Assembly (NCBI GenBank): GCA_013265495.1
Contig: MU058059.1
Location: 2,829,502-2,889,501, forward strand
Direction: 5' to 3'
DNA: 60,000 bases
From: Vicugna vicugna
Taxonomy: Eukaryota
Position numbers and translations under genes: made by a program. The notes beneath the pieces are model-generated. The model saw only the letters and a list, made by a program, of their open reading frames with translations, was not told where the DNA came from and did not search any database. This document shows positions 36,331-48,677 of this stretch, in pieces. Every line of letters begins with the position of its first letter. Position 1 is the first letter of the stretch.

Positions 36331-37741
36331 GAGAAATGGAACTCAGGAACATCTTGGGGAATGGGCAGACTCTGACCCTGGCTCCGGGCCCTGTGGTCCC
36401 GGGGCCAGGTGACAGGTGCTCCTCTGGGGGGTGCTCCTCTGGGGGGGCCAGTGTCTGTGGGCAGCAGGTGGAGGTTTAGGGTGCTGGGACCGCACGGCAA
36501 GCCGAGGCCTCGGAGGTAGGAGCAGAGAGCCCTGCAGGGAGGGTCACATCCCGGCTCAGCTGATCTGCTGTGCAGCCCAGGAGAGTTACTTACCCTCCCT
36601 GAGCCCCAGGCGGTTCACCTGTAAAATGAGGGTGATGACAGCAGGGCCAGGGGCATGGGGCATGTGGGGGTCGCTGGTCTCCAGGATCAAGTTCCTTCTA
36701 AGTCAGTGCAGATGGAGGCTGGGTGTTGCCAGAGCTTCCAGCACATCACAGTCTGCCCCGCGCAAGGCCGTAAGCCCACGTGTCAGAATCACTTGATGTG
36801 ATTCTAATGTGCTGCCAGCCTGCGTCTCTGTCAGGCAGCTCTGAGGACCTCCTGGAAGGCAGAGCCAGGGCAGGGTGTGGGGAGGGAGTGCTGGGTCCTT
36901 TCAGGACTCCTCAGGTCACCCCGCTTGGCGAGACAACCACCCAGGTCCTCAGTGGGGAAGCCCCTGCGTCCATGCTTCGCGCTGTGTGGCTCCTGGACCC
37001 GGTGAAGCTGGTTGGACCTCACTGTCACCGCCGGGGCGGGAGGAAGGTGTCTCTGCTGAGAACAGCCCACACTACACGTGACTGCCTGGGCCACCACTGC
37101 GCTGCGCTGGGGCAGCTGAGGAGAGCACCGTTGTCCTGAAAGCGGAGGGCTCCCCGAGCCCCCCTGCACTGCCTTTGCCCTGGAGACCTCGAATAAGTGC
37201 TTTCCAATCAAATCAGGCTGTGAGGAACCAGGTCCTTCTTGCCTGTTAAGGCAGAAACCAACCCATTTTGAAAGCCTCAGTGAGAAATGTCTCCTTGGGG
37301 ATTTATGGGACAAACATCTTTCGTCTTAAAGCAGAGCTTATTTTTTCCATTTAAACAAAGTTTGTAAGAAAAAAAAAGTGGAGCGCTGTGCCAGGAACAG
37401 CTGTGGACAAAATACCTGTTTCCAAGTGGGCTTTTACACAGCACTGGTATCCTGTTTGTTAGCACAATAAGTCACCTAGTAACAAATGAGGAAACCATTA
37501 AAGAGAGAGAAAAAAGCACTGCTCCCGCTAGACCTGGGCCAGGACGGAGACGCTGACCATCTCAGCTGGAGGGCCTGTGACCGGAGTGGTGGGAAGCCTA
37601 GGAAAGCCTTTGCTGCAGCCACAGAGCCATCTCGTGGTTCTGTGAGGTATTAGTGCCAGGAGCGCGCTGCGCCCACCCTTCCCGGTGAGCCAGCGCTGCC
37701 AGCCTCGTGAGGGCCTGTGAGGACAAAGAGTCTGGAAAGGA

Positions 37742-37960
37742 ATGTATGTTATGTATACTATATATATAATAGAAAGTATCTGTGTATTGTATATACATTG
37801 TGTGTGTGTGTGTATAATATGTTATATATTATATATAGTATATATATATGTATTGTGTATATGCATATATAAAAAGCTGAAGCACTATGCTGTACCCCAG
37901 AAATTAACACAGCATTGTAAATTGACTATTCTTCAATTTAAAAAACAGTCAAACCAAAGC
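37742..37960 (+). repeat. (TA)n/(TG)n microsatellite with a very short L1 3'-terminus
   Basis: TA/TG array followed by 'gctgtaccccagaaattaacacagcattgtaaattgactatcttcaatttaaaaaa'. Confidence 0.85.
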
Positions 37961-38315
37961 CAAAAACAAAAAAAAATGCAGCTAGGGACAAATCCCTGTT
38001 TGTAACCCGTGAAATCCATCCTTCCGCACAGCACAGTGTGTTTGCCAAACCAGAACAGAACACAGAAAGAGCAGGTGAAGAAGTGGGTGGGTTTAAGAAC
38101 TGCCAGGAACTTGCGCCCAGGGGAATCTCTGAAGCTTTGGGAATAAGATGTTCTGTCCACAGTCCGACACCACCAGCTCACTGGCGAGGCCAGGAGACAA
38201 AGCCGTCCAGCCTTTTCTATGTGACAAGAAAGGAGTAACAGTAGATAGGAGACATGTACACTTTCAGCAGTTCTCAAGGTCAGAAGCTGGGCTACCTTTG
38301 GGGAAGAAATTTCAG

Positions 38316-38458
38316 GAGGGAGGGTATAGCTCAGTGGTCGGGTGCGTGTCTAGCATACGTGAGGTCCTGGATTCAGACCCCAGTATCTGCATTAAAATAA
38401 ATTTTAAAAACCTAATCCCCTCCCCACAAAAAAACACAATAAATTAAGGGAAAAAATT
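38316..38458 (+). mobile_element. tRNA-derived SINE (vic-1-like)
   Basis: 'gggagggtatagctcagtgg...aaacctaatcccctcccc'. TSD aagaaatttcag (38304-38315) / aagaaattccag (38459-38470). Confidence 0.92.
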
Positions 38459-39774
38459 AAGAAATTCCAGTAGAATGCATCCGATTTCTCTGTTTTTGTG
38501 TTTCTGGCAAACAGTGCAGGCAGGTGTCGGCAGGGTTTGACATCTGCTCCTGAGCCTGACTTCCCAGGCCCTTCACAACAGGTTGCTCCCCACCACCCGA
38601 ACCGCACACCCACAGACACACATGAAGAAGCAGACAGACAGAGTCTCCATCTTTATTCCTGTCTCCACCCCATCCTCCCCCAGGCCATGCTCCGCTCCAT
38701 TTCCCAAACATGCATCCACCATACGCCGGCTCTAGAGATCTGGAGATGAATCCTGTCCATCTCTCTTCTGGAATAATTTCCCCACTTCTCTCCAGCTGCC
38801 AGGAGGGGAGAGCGTGGGAGACAAGGAAGGTGAGGGAGTGAAAAATAAAAGCTGTTACTTCAAAAGTATGTATTAGGCCAGCCAGGGCCTCAGTAAAGGC
38901 AAACGACATCAAGTCTGGAATGCTCTGGCTCCCAGGAACGGTGTGGGTGCGAAGCGCAGGAATCCCAGCCGGATGGTGGGACAGGGCTGGAAGGAGCCGT
39001 CGCAATGTTCGCCCACCCCCGTCACTGCAGGCGCAGGGGTACAGAGTTGTGTCTGGGTCCCTGGAACCAGCGAGCAGCACAGTGGTGACTGGAACGTGCA
39101 ATGCCTGGCATTTTTAAGAAAGACATTTCCATTAAAACTGCTGGAAACTGAAGCTGTGATACATAATGGGCTGACAGTTGATGCCACGGTGGAATGTGCT
39201 AGTGACATGGGAGCAAACAGTTAATGAAAGAAAACACGATCGCTTCTGAAGGAGGGGATCACCGAAGGTTATTTGTGCCTCAGTTGTTTTTCCAGAGGCA
39301 CCAGACATGAGCTGGGGCTGAGCCTGCAGCCTGCGGTGGAAACAGCAAACCCGGACAGCAGTGGGTGCAGGTCCGAGGTGAGAAACTCGCAGAGTAAGCG
39401 ATTCTGTCATTTTTTAATGTAAAACTGGGCAGCTTCCCCAGCATCTTTTTCTCACGATAAGTGAGTTTTCTGCCCCACTGGGTATCAGGCTAATTTCCAG
39501 CTTCTTTGTATATTAGAAGTAAATTTAGAAACTACAATAGGATTAAGGAGAAGACAGTGCTTACTCACACACTTTCATCTTAAACAGTTTGATTTCCGAG
39601 ACTGCTACCTAAACTAAAATGAACAAGATCATTTTCATCTTTCAAATTACATGTTTCTTAAAAAACACAAGCCAGCAGCTTCCAGCTCGGGAAAATCCCC
39701 CTACTCTGAGTCTCCACTAATCATTGGTGACTGTGAAAAATGGAAAAATGAAACTTAAAAATAGAGATTTTTTT

Positions 39775-40357
39775 ACTCTGGTGCAGACATTATGGACAAC
39801 AGTATGGAGATTCATTAAAAAACTGAAAATAGGCTTACCCTGTGATGCAGCAGTCCCACTCCTCAGCGTTCATCTGGAGGGAGCTCTCATTCGAAAAGAC
39901 GCACGCACCCCAGTGTTCACAGCAGCACTATTTACAACAGCCAAGACGTGGAGGCCACCTGAACGTCCATCGACAGATGACCGGGTAAAGAAGCTGTGAT
40001 ATATTTATATATATGTACACAATGGAATACTACTTGGCCAAAAGAATAAAATAATGCCATTTGCAGCAACATGGATGCACCCGGAGATCATCATTCTACG
40101 TAAGCCAGAAAGAGAAAGAAAAATACCACATGATGTCACTCATATGTGGAATCTAAAAACACACACACACACACACATGAACTTATTTACAAAACAGAAA
40201 CAGACTCACAGACATATTAAACAATCTTGTGATGACCAGCGGGGAAAAGAGGATGAGGAGGAATTGGAAGTTCAGGATTTGCAGACACTAACTACTGTTT
40301 ATAACGTAGATAAACAGCAGGTTTCTACTGTAGAGCACAGGGAACTATATTGGATAC
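39775..40357 (+). mobile_element. young L1 3' fragment lacking its A-tail
   Basis: 'aacagtatggagattcattaaaaaactgaaaatag...atgccatttgcagcaacatggatg...gcacagggaactatatt'. Confidence 0.92.
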
Positions 40358-40359
40358 TT

Positions 40360-40555
40360 TGAAACCTTGGATGTATCCCTGGCTTATTTAATGTTCTTTG
40401 TTCAGATAAGATATAAACCTGTGCTGAAACCCTGCTTCTCTGGAGCAGTTCTTCAGAATCACCTGGGAAGTGGACTTCCAGGCCACAGTCCTCAGTTTGG
40501 CTCAAACAAAACTCCATTCTTATTATTGATTGCTTATTGATTATTTCCGTTAACT
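40360..40555 (+). mobile_element. ERV LTR 3' half, same family as 22585-22808
   Basis: 'gatataaacc' TATA-like, 'ctcaaacaaaactcc' degenerate polyA-signal region, and shared blocks with the 22.6 kb copy. Confidence 0.7.
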
Positions 40556-41189
40556 CATCAGTCGGAGTGTTTTCTCCTGATAACAGAGCCGGGGTGGAGC
40601 AGGAAGAGACCCAAGCCTGGGCTGAGCTGGTGCCACTCCCTCCCCTCCCCTCCCTGCGGGGCGGGTGTGGGTGATGCCCCAAAACTGAGGGCTTTGGCAC
40701 AGCAGACGAACAGTCAGGTGGGCCGTTCGGTGATGCTCGTTCTCCGCACCTGCTTGGAGGAATCATCCCCTCTGTGTACGTGGGCAGCATCCCCAGGTGA
40801 ACAGCCTCAGGGATGCAGACAGAACAATTAGAGTGGTCTTAAGTAGCTGCCTGCCGACTGAAGTGATTTCTAATCAACTTCCCTTTAGCGTTTGCTGAAG
40901 AGTGTCCACAGAACATCCGTCGGAGGACGTGGGAGCCCCGCGGAGGGAGGAGGATGGCGTGCGGTCCATGCACACGGGGTGTTCTGGGGGGCGGAGGCCG
41001 GGCGGGCTCCTTCGTCCCCTCCCTTCCCCGGCCTTTAGGCTCCCGAGTGCCTGCAGGTCTCGCAGGGGGATGCGTTTCCCCAAGCACGGGTGACTGTAGA
41101 ACTACTTTTGTTTTTGGAAGAGCTCCTATTAACACTTAGTAGAAATGGGATTCTTCTGAGAAATATTTCTAGAAACGTTGCTGCTTTTT

Positions 41190-42480
41190 TACAACGTTAT
41201 GGAAGCATATTTTACGTATCATGTAATCAACCCGTTTCAAGTGGACAATTTGATGCTGTTTAGAAAGTTTGCCAAGTCGTACAGCCATCCCCATAAATCA
41301 GTTCTAGAGCGTTTCTGTCGCCCCCACTGGAATCCTCCTGCCCATTGACCGTTCACCGCTGTTCCTAGCCCCCCGGCCCCAGGCAGCCACTGATTTACTG
41401 TCCGTAGATTGCACTTGAGAACCAGGGCTTTTTTCTTACCGTGGTAAAACACACGCAATGAAGTTTACCGTTTTAAAGGGAACAGTTCAGCGGCATTAAG
41501 TGCAGTCACAGTGTTGTGCAGCTTCATCGCCATCCAACTCTAGAACTTTCCACCATCATCCCGAACAGAAATTTTGTTCCCATCAAGCAGTAACGCCCCA
41601 TTTCCCCTTTCCTCCAGCCCCTGGTAACCATCACAGAACTCTCGTCTGTATGAATTTGGCTACTCCAGGTATTTCATGTAACTAAATCATACGATGCTCA
41701 TCCTTCTGTGTCCTACTTACTTCCTTAGCATAATATCTTCAGGGTTCATCCACGTTGTAGCTGGTGTCTGGATTTTTTAAGGCTGAATAATATTCCATTG
41801 TATGTGTAGACCACACTTTGTTTATCATTCATCTGTGGGTGGACTCTTGGGTTGCTTTCGCTCTCAGCTGCCGTGACTAATGCTGATATGAACATATCTG
41901 TTCAGGTCCCTGCTGTCAGTTGTTCTGAGTAGACACCCAGAAGTAGAATTGCCAGGTAATTCTATTTCCGACTTTTTGAGGAGTCACCATACTGTTCTCT
42001 ACAGCAGCTGCACCATCTCACAGTCCCACCAGAAGGCACAAAGGTTCCAATTTCTCCACCTCCCTGAGAGCTCGTACTGTTTTCTGTGTGGGCTTTTGTT
42101 TTTGCTTTTGCTTTTTACAGTAGCCATCCTAGTGGGGGTGAAGTGGTCGGTGACTGTGGTATTGATTTGCATTTCCCTAGAGATCAGTGATCTGAGCATC
42201 TTTTCATGTACTTACTGGCCACTTGTGTGTCTTCTATGGAGAAATGTCTGTTCAAGTCCTTTGTCCATTTTTAAATCAGGTTGTTTTTTTCTCGTTGAGT
42301 GGTAGAACTTCATATAATCTGGATTTTAATCCCTTGTTAGATACATGATTTGCAAGTGTTTTCTCTCATTCTGAGGTTTGCCTTTTTATTTTCTTGATAG
42401 GATCCTTTGATGCAGTAAGGTTTTAACTTTGATGAAGTCCACTGTATCTTTCCTTTTGCTGCGTGTAATTCTGGTGAAAG
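41190..42480 (-). mobile_element. L1MB-type 3' end (two adjacent or nested 3'UTR pieces)
   Basis: 'agggttcatccacgttgtagc...gctgaataatattccattgtatg...gatttgcatttccct...aaatgtctgttcaagtcctttgtccatttt'. Confidence 0.9.
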
Positions 42481-42799
42481 AAACATTGCTTTCAGCTCTT
42501 TAAAATTCAAACAGAAAAGAAGAGCTTACCTGTGAAGTCAAACAAACAAGAAATCTCCCACTGTCATAAAGGGCATTCTTATCTTTCCTCTAGGTACAGT
42601 GAGGGGTTTTGAGTTTAGAATTCCCAAATATTTCATTGTGTCGACCATGTGACTTGGCATGTGGCTAAACAAGGTTCTTGCTGTTACTTACTATTCATTT
42701 TGCACCAACAGCGTATCAGACACAATCAGAGAAGCAGGTTCAACCAGCCATCAGCTCCGGAGTGTCTGTCCTGAGAGGGAGGAAGGGCATGTTTATTAG

Positions 42800-43570
42800 T
42801 AAAAACTTTCCATTGCAAGTGACAGAAAACCAATCTAAAATAGCTTAGACAGAAAGGCGAACTCACCAGAAGAAACTCCTTCTGGGGAAGGCGGAGAAGG
42901 ACGTTAGCTGTCACGTTTTGTCTTAAAAACACAATAATCTGAAGTGACTTTGACAAAATGTTAACATGTGCTAATCTGAGTAATGAGTAAATGGATGTCT
43001 CTTTTTTTTGAAGTATTTATTCATTTAAATTAATTTTCTCCCTTTATTGGGGGAGGTCTGATGAGTAGCCCTTAATTTCCTTAGTATTCTACGACAGGAC
43101 ATGCCACCGTTACGTGAAATTGTTTAATTAGGGGAAAAAGATTTTTAAACCAGTTTTCCTTTCCAGGCAAATGAACAGAACTGGCAAAAAAAAAAAAAAG
43201 AGAGAGAGAGAGAGAGAAAAAGAAAATTCACTGGCTCATGTTGAAGAGTATAGTGGTTTTATCTAAACCCAGAGGCTATATCTCGACTTTTTTCTCTGCC
43301 TTTCTCTCTCTCAATTTCTTGGCTCTGCTTTTTGGCTTCCTTCTACCCACTGGCCTTTTCCTTTCTTAATGTGTATAACTTCCTTTATGCCTCAGGGAGT
43401 GTCACGAGCCACTGTAACATATATTACCTCAGCGTACAATCCTGGTTAATAAGAATATTAAATCCCAGGGAATCCAGAGAGCCTCTCTGAGTCACATGCC
43501 CGGCTCTGAACCAGTCCCTGTGGCCAGGGGTCCGATGACCCTGATTGGTTAGCCTGGCTCATGTGCACAA
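42800..43570 (-). mobile_element. old MaLR LTR pieces (MLT1J/K-like) with an A14(GA)n tract
   Basis: 'ttgcaagtgacagaaaaccaatctaaaatagctta' and 'gtcacatgcccggctctgaaccagtccctgtggccagggg...tgattgg'. Confidence 0.6.
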
Positions 43571-44896
43571 GCCCAAGCCTGCAGCTGGGACTCAGGGGTG
43601 GGGGCTTTCTAAAAGAGAGGATTCATGCAGTGAACCTGCAGAGACACACAGGAGCACGCCTGCTGCATACTGTGCAGGGGTATCTGCCTGGATTCCTTTT
43701 GGTGCTATCCTTCTCCCAGTTTTTCTCATTTGTTAGGATTTTTGTGGCGATGACTGTGAACCTTATGGTTTTGTAAAACTGGGAAATGCCCTTTGTCCAT
43801 GAAGATTCCAAGTGGAAGAAGTATTCGAGAGGCTCTTTGGATTGGGGGAGAAATACCTTTGGAAAGAGGAGGAGTGCACATGTGAGCAGCACAGCTGGAG
43901 GGCGCAGCACGGTGAAGTGAGAAATGAAGGCAGAACAGCTGAGTGTCAGTGACTCCTGTCTCAGAAGGCAAGATGACTGAGAGCAGTTGTAATGACTGTG
44001 TCTGTTAGAAGGACACCTCAGGATTCTTTTGGTTGCACCTGGTGGAAGACTGCTTTGGTCTAACTGGCTTTGACCAAAGGCAGTCTGCAGCTCACATAAC
44101 TGAGAAGTTCAAGGATAAACTGCTTTCAGGCATAGCTTGATCTAGGACTCACTGTCTGCAGGAGCCATCTCTGAGCTCCATGTTCCCTGGCTGGACACCT
44201 TCCCAGGGTTTCAGTGAACCTCCAGTACAGTTCCAGGCACTCACCCTTATGGCTTCAGAAGCTTCAATCTTCCTATCCTCATACCGCTGAGCCAAGAGCA
44301 GGACATGTAGGTGCCAGGATTCCCAGAAGGGGCCCTGAGGCTCTCTGTGAACCGGCAAGCTGAGACTTTGGGAGAGTCAGTGTGGCGGGGGACCTGTTGG
44401 GCCCCTCCCTGAACCACATCCCAGGCACTGGAGCTGGAGGCAGGGTTACGCAAATTGGTCCCTAGACCTGAGGATGGGATCAGGCCCACTCAAACCAGAC
44501 GGCTGAGAAGAGAGGGAGGGCTGGTTTCAAACACCCAAACAAAGCAGGCGAAAACCTGATACTCTTGTTGGGATGAGGGGACAGGTTCTGGCAGCAAACA
44601 GGTGTCCATTACAGGGACCATCATTTGACAACTGAAGATGAAGGTAACAATGGAAGATAAAAATGAAGGACCTGGTCAGTGGCGAGTAACAGGGTACTAC
44701 CTGGGACCAATGACAAGGTCAGCCGAAGTTCCCTGTGCTGGGAAAGGTCGTCTGTAGTAGAGGCCTGCAGGTAGAGGCCTGTAGCCCTTCAGAAGTAGCC
44801 ACGCAGATCCCACTTCCAGAACCAGTCACTTACTCCCCGACTTCGTATCTTGACTTAAGAACTGTGCATTAGACGCCAAAGACATATTCCCAACAC

Positions 44897-45017
44897 GTTC
44901 TTCCCGAAGCATGTGATTTATTCTGTTATTTTAAAAATCCAGTCCGTCTCATCATCTATTATTATACTGTTGTCATCATATATATTTAAACACATTTCTT
45001 TAGTGGATTTAAAATGC
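44897..45017 (+). repeat. 121-bp dispersed direct repeat, copy 1
   Basis: gttcttcccgaagca...ttagtggatttaaaatgc, with 5 mismatches against copy 2. Confidence 0.97.
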
Positions 45018-45660
45018 TTCTATTTTATTCCCTTAATAAATATTCATTTCAAGGTGACAGCCAGATGGGTTTTAAGTAGGAAAAAAAAATAGTTTATCCT
45101 TTGAGCAAATTTATTATTGGTGCATTTTCTTATATGCTGTCGTAAAGGCCAGTCTCTCACCACACGTTAATTTTATGACTTTATTTGTACTTCACGGGGA
45201 AGCCGAACTCCATTTCACTTTTCTATTTACTCATGGACCGAATCATTTTATTCTCCTTTGCAGAAAAGAAATGTTATATTATATTGGGCATGAATTTATA
45301 ACAGGTTTGAAGTTCAGCTTGCCGGAAGATCTCTTCCAGGCGGCAGTGCTTGTGGGAAACCTAATTCAGCTTCATTGCAGGACAAGACTATGAGTATTTT
45401 TAATCATGGAATTGCCAGCAGAAGCCTTGCTTTGATTTGTGATGTCTTTGTTTATCCACTGTGTTGGGACTAGCTGTGGGTACCGAGTGCCCTCCGGTCC
45501 TCCCTCTGTCAAGTCTCAGTAGCTCATGTCCATTTCCGTCCTCTGTGCTCTGTCTTTGAGTAATGATGGCTGCAGTGATGAGCTTAAGAGCAGGGACTCA
45601 TCAGTGGCAGCACGGTTCCAAGGAGACGTCAGGGTCAGGAGCGTCTGCACCTGTGGACCT

Positions 45661-45781
45661 GTTCTTCCCGAAGCAGGTGATTTATTCTGTTATTTAAAAA
45701 ATCCAGTCTGTCTCATCATCTATTATTATATTATTGTCATCATATATATTTAAACACATTTCTTTAGTGGATTTAAAATGC
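45661..45781 (+). repeat. 121-bp dispersed direct repeat, copy 2
   Basis: Same sequence 764 bp downstream, embedded in GC-richer flanks. Confidence 0.97.
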
Positions 45782-46397
45782 GAGGAAGATGGGGTGCTTC
45801 TCCTGTGAGGAAGGCCCCGAGCAGGCGCTGAAAGTGGCATAAAACTCCTGAGCTGTCTGCAGCCTCTGCTCCCTCCGACGCGGGGGTCACGAGCAGGGGT
45901 CTTCAGTGAGGTGGCTTACGAGGTGAAGACCAGTGCAGCCCAGCACAGCTCCCTCTGCTTGGCGTGGCTCTGACGCTGGAGCCTCGTGTGCACCTGCGAC
46001 CTCCGGTGCAGCAGATTCTGGCTGGCTGGATGGTTCTCTGTGTGCGAGTGCCTTGGCAGCCCTCCGAGACTCTGGCAGGTGACGTGGAAGGCTGCCTGCC
46101 CTTGGCTGGATGCCTCCGGTTTCCAGTGAGCCAGAACGCGGCACTTACGGTGGTCAGAAAGCTCTGTGGCTTGTTATTTGAGCGATGACAAGAGCCTTGT
46201 GTAGACAACACGCAGGAGTCAGATGCAGCTGAAATTTGCGAGGCGGTGCTGTGCATTACGGGCTGGCTTTGTGTCCCCATTACTTGGACTAGGGGACGTG
46301 GCTCTTTTCAGTCAATCATGTCTGAGTATTTTAAGCTTTGTAGAACAAAAAGCTTTGACATTACATTTGCTTTTTTTTTTAAGGTGAACACTTTTTA

Positions 46398-46792
46398 AGA
46401 TGGGTATCATATGATGTTGCTTATATGTGGAATCTTAAAAAGGATACAAATTTTATTTACAAACCAGAAACAGACTCATGGACATAGGAAAAAACTGTAG
46501 TTACCAGAGGGCGAAGGGGAAGGAAAGCATAGATTAGGAGTTTGAGATAACAGATGCACATGACTATATATTATCATGTATAAAATAGATAACAAGGACC
46601 AACAGGGGAACTATATTCAGTTTCTTGTAATGAGCTGTAATGGAAAAGAATCTGAAAAAAAATATATATATGTATGTTTGTGTATGTGTATGTATAACTG
46701 AATCACTTTGCTGCACGCCTGAAACTACCATTGTAAATCAACTACACTTCAATAAAAATAAGAATTTAAAAAAAGACAAAACAAAAAAGACT
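46398..46792 (+). mobile_element. young L1 3'UTR with A-tail and TSD
   Basis: 'gcttatatgtggaatct...actgaatcactttgctg...aaatcaactacacttcaataaaaa'. TSD aacacttttta (46387-46397 / 46793-46803). Confidence 0.93.
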
Positions 46793-46839
46793 AACACTTT
46801 TTAGGGTATAAAAGTAAAGCATATTGAAAACGTCTGTTG

Positions 46840-47250
46840 TAAGAAAATATGTCCTAAAACAAAATTGAAAGACAAGTGACAAAGAGAGGGAAATACTTGT
46901 AACAGTTACAACAGACAAATATTAATACTGAGAATATGTAAAGAACTCCTTCTAGTCGACCAGAAAAAAACAAGCAATCTCGTAAAGAAATGAACAAAGG
47001 AACAAAGAATGGAAATCAGAGGAGATGAAATAGAAATGGCCAATAAATACATTAAATAATGCTCACCTTTGCTAGGAATCATGGAAATGGAATTTTAAAA
47101 GTGATATACCATTTCCACCCATTGTAATGAAAAAGATTCTAAGTTTTCTAAAATTAACAGTTGGTGAAGGAGTGCGGTGGGGATATTCCTGTCGTTGCTG
47201 GTGGGAATGTAAGTGACAGTGACGGGAGAACGTGGCAGTGCTATAGTGGA
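46840..47250 (+). mobile_element. old L1ME ORF2 3' fragment
   Basis: 'aatggccaataaatacattaaataatgctcacc...gttgctggtgggaatgtaa'. Confidence 0.75.
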
Positions 47251-48452
47251 GACGAGCCTGCCTTCGTGGCCCAGTCGTTCGGCTCTTGGAAGTTACCTGC
47301 AGGAAACACTGTGGTACAGTTTCCCTCGTGCCTGTCCCTAATACACCTTGGTATTTCGGGCTTCTGACCTCCAGAACTGTAAGAGAACATATTTGTGACG
47401 AAAGATAGGAATTGTGTTGTAATTTGTGCAAGAAGCTGTCTTTGCTGCCGTCAGTGCCGGCCAAGAGCAAGCTGTCTTGGAGGAAGGGTAGCATGTGGTT
47501 TTTGGTAGGATGTGTTTACTCTGCGAATCTGGTTTGGGGGAGATTTGCCTCCAACTCTTGCCTCGTTAGAGATGGGTTGGCCTCATCTTCACCTGACCAG
47601 CCCACGCTAGGGAAACAAACCCTCTTCCGGCTCCCCTGAGACTAAAACCTTTGTTAAAGAATTCTTGGATGTCAAGGCAGTCTCTTTGAAGGATAAGAAA
47701 GTCTCTGAATTTCAAGGTTTTGCCTGATGATGAATCTTGAGATGTTAGGTTTGATGAGAATGAAGATGTTCCCTCTTCTTTCAGATTTAAATTCTAAGCA
47801 TGCTTGAGCCATTTCAGCTCAGGCTCTGGGAAGCCAAAGAGAGCTGAGGGTGAAAAAAAGAACAGCTCAGTTTTATTGTATGTGAGATGCCAGCCAAGTA
47901 AGAAGTTATAAAACCCTGCAGCCGTCACCAACTGTCTTGAAACTCAGACCTGAATGAATGCCTGCGGACCACTTCTCCCGAAGCAATAGGGGCTCCCACT
48001 CACCCATCACTGCGCTCGTTACTGGAGATCAGACGGGAAGAGAATCCTTGCCTGGGAAAATGCTGACCCTCCACCACAGCCACACATGGACGTGCTCGGG
48101 AACAGAGGAAGCAGCCAGCCTGGGCCGTCCACTGGTGACACGAGCACTCCTGTCCCACAGCTCCAGGAAATGGGAGAGAAGCAGCTGTCCACTGCAGAAG
48201 CAGGAGGAATATTCTGTCTTCACGCACCCTCCTTAAACATCCACATCTTCCCCAGCCCGTGGTCTACTCCCATCTTTTCAGAAATCAGAGTTCTGGTCTT
48301 TTTCCACTGGAATCGTGGAGCAAGTGCTTCTAAACCTACTTCTGGTCAGAACAGTTCCTTCTGTTCGGGGTCTACAGCGCAGACTGCTGTGGTCTGCTCA
48401 TCCCACATTCTGCCCTTTCTCCTTAGGAAATAACTCTAGTGGGATCTGCAGT

Positions 48453-48677
48453 CCAGTGGTCTACTAGAGCCTGCTTGTACCAGCCCACAAGAACCAATCT
48501 TTAGATTTTCAAGAATTTTGGAAACCAACTGTTAAGGCTTAGTAGCTCGAAATTGGCTGTGGTGGGAATATTTACACCGCAAAAATTGGCAAATGTTACA
48601 ATCAGGACTTTTTTTTTCCTTTCTTTCTTTTTAAAGAGGCCAGGGGCTGCAACGTTGCCTTATCAGAACACCACTGG
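48453..48677. mobile_element. MER63-like non-autonomous hAT transposon
   Basis: Terminal inverted repeats ccagtggt ... accactgg, and internal 'gtggtgggaatatttacaccgcaaaaattggcaaatgttaca'. Confidence 0.75.

Noticed and set aside
38316..38395. tRNA-like sequences (also near 36220 and 52389)
   Set aside because: Followed by the family-specific tail and TSDs, with degenerate stems. These are SINEs, not tRNA genes.
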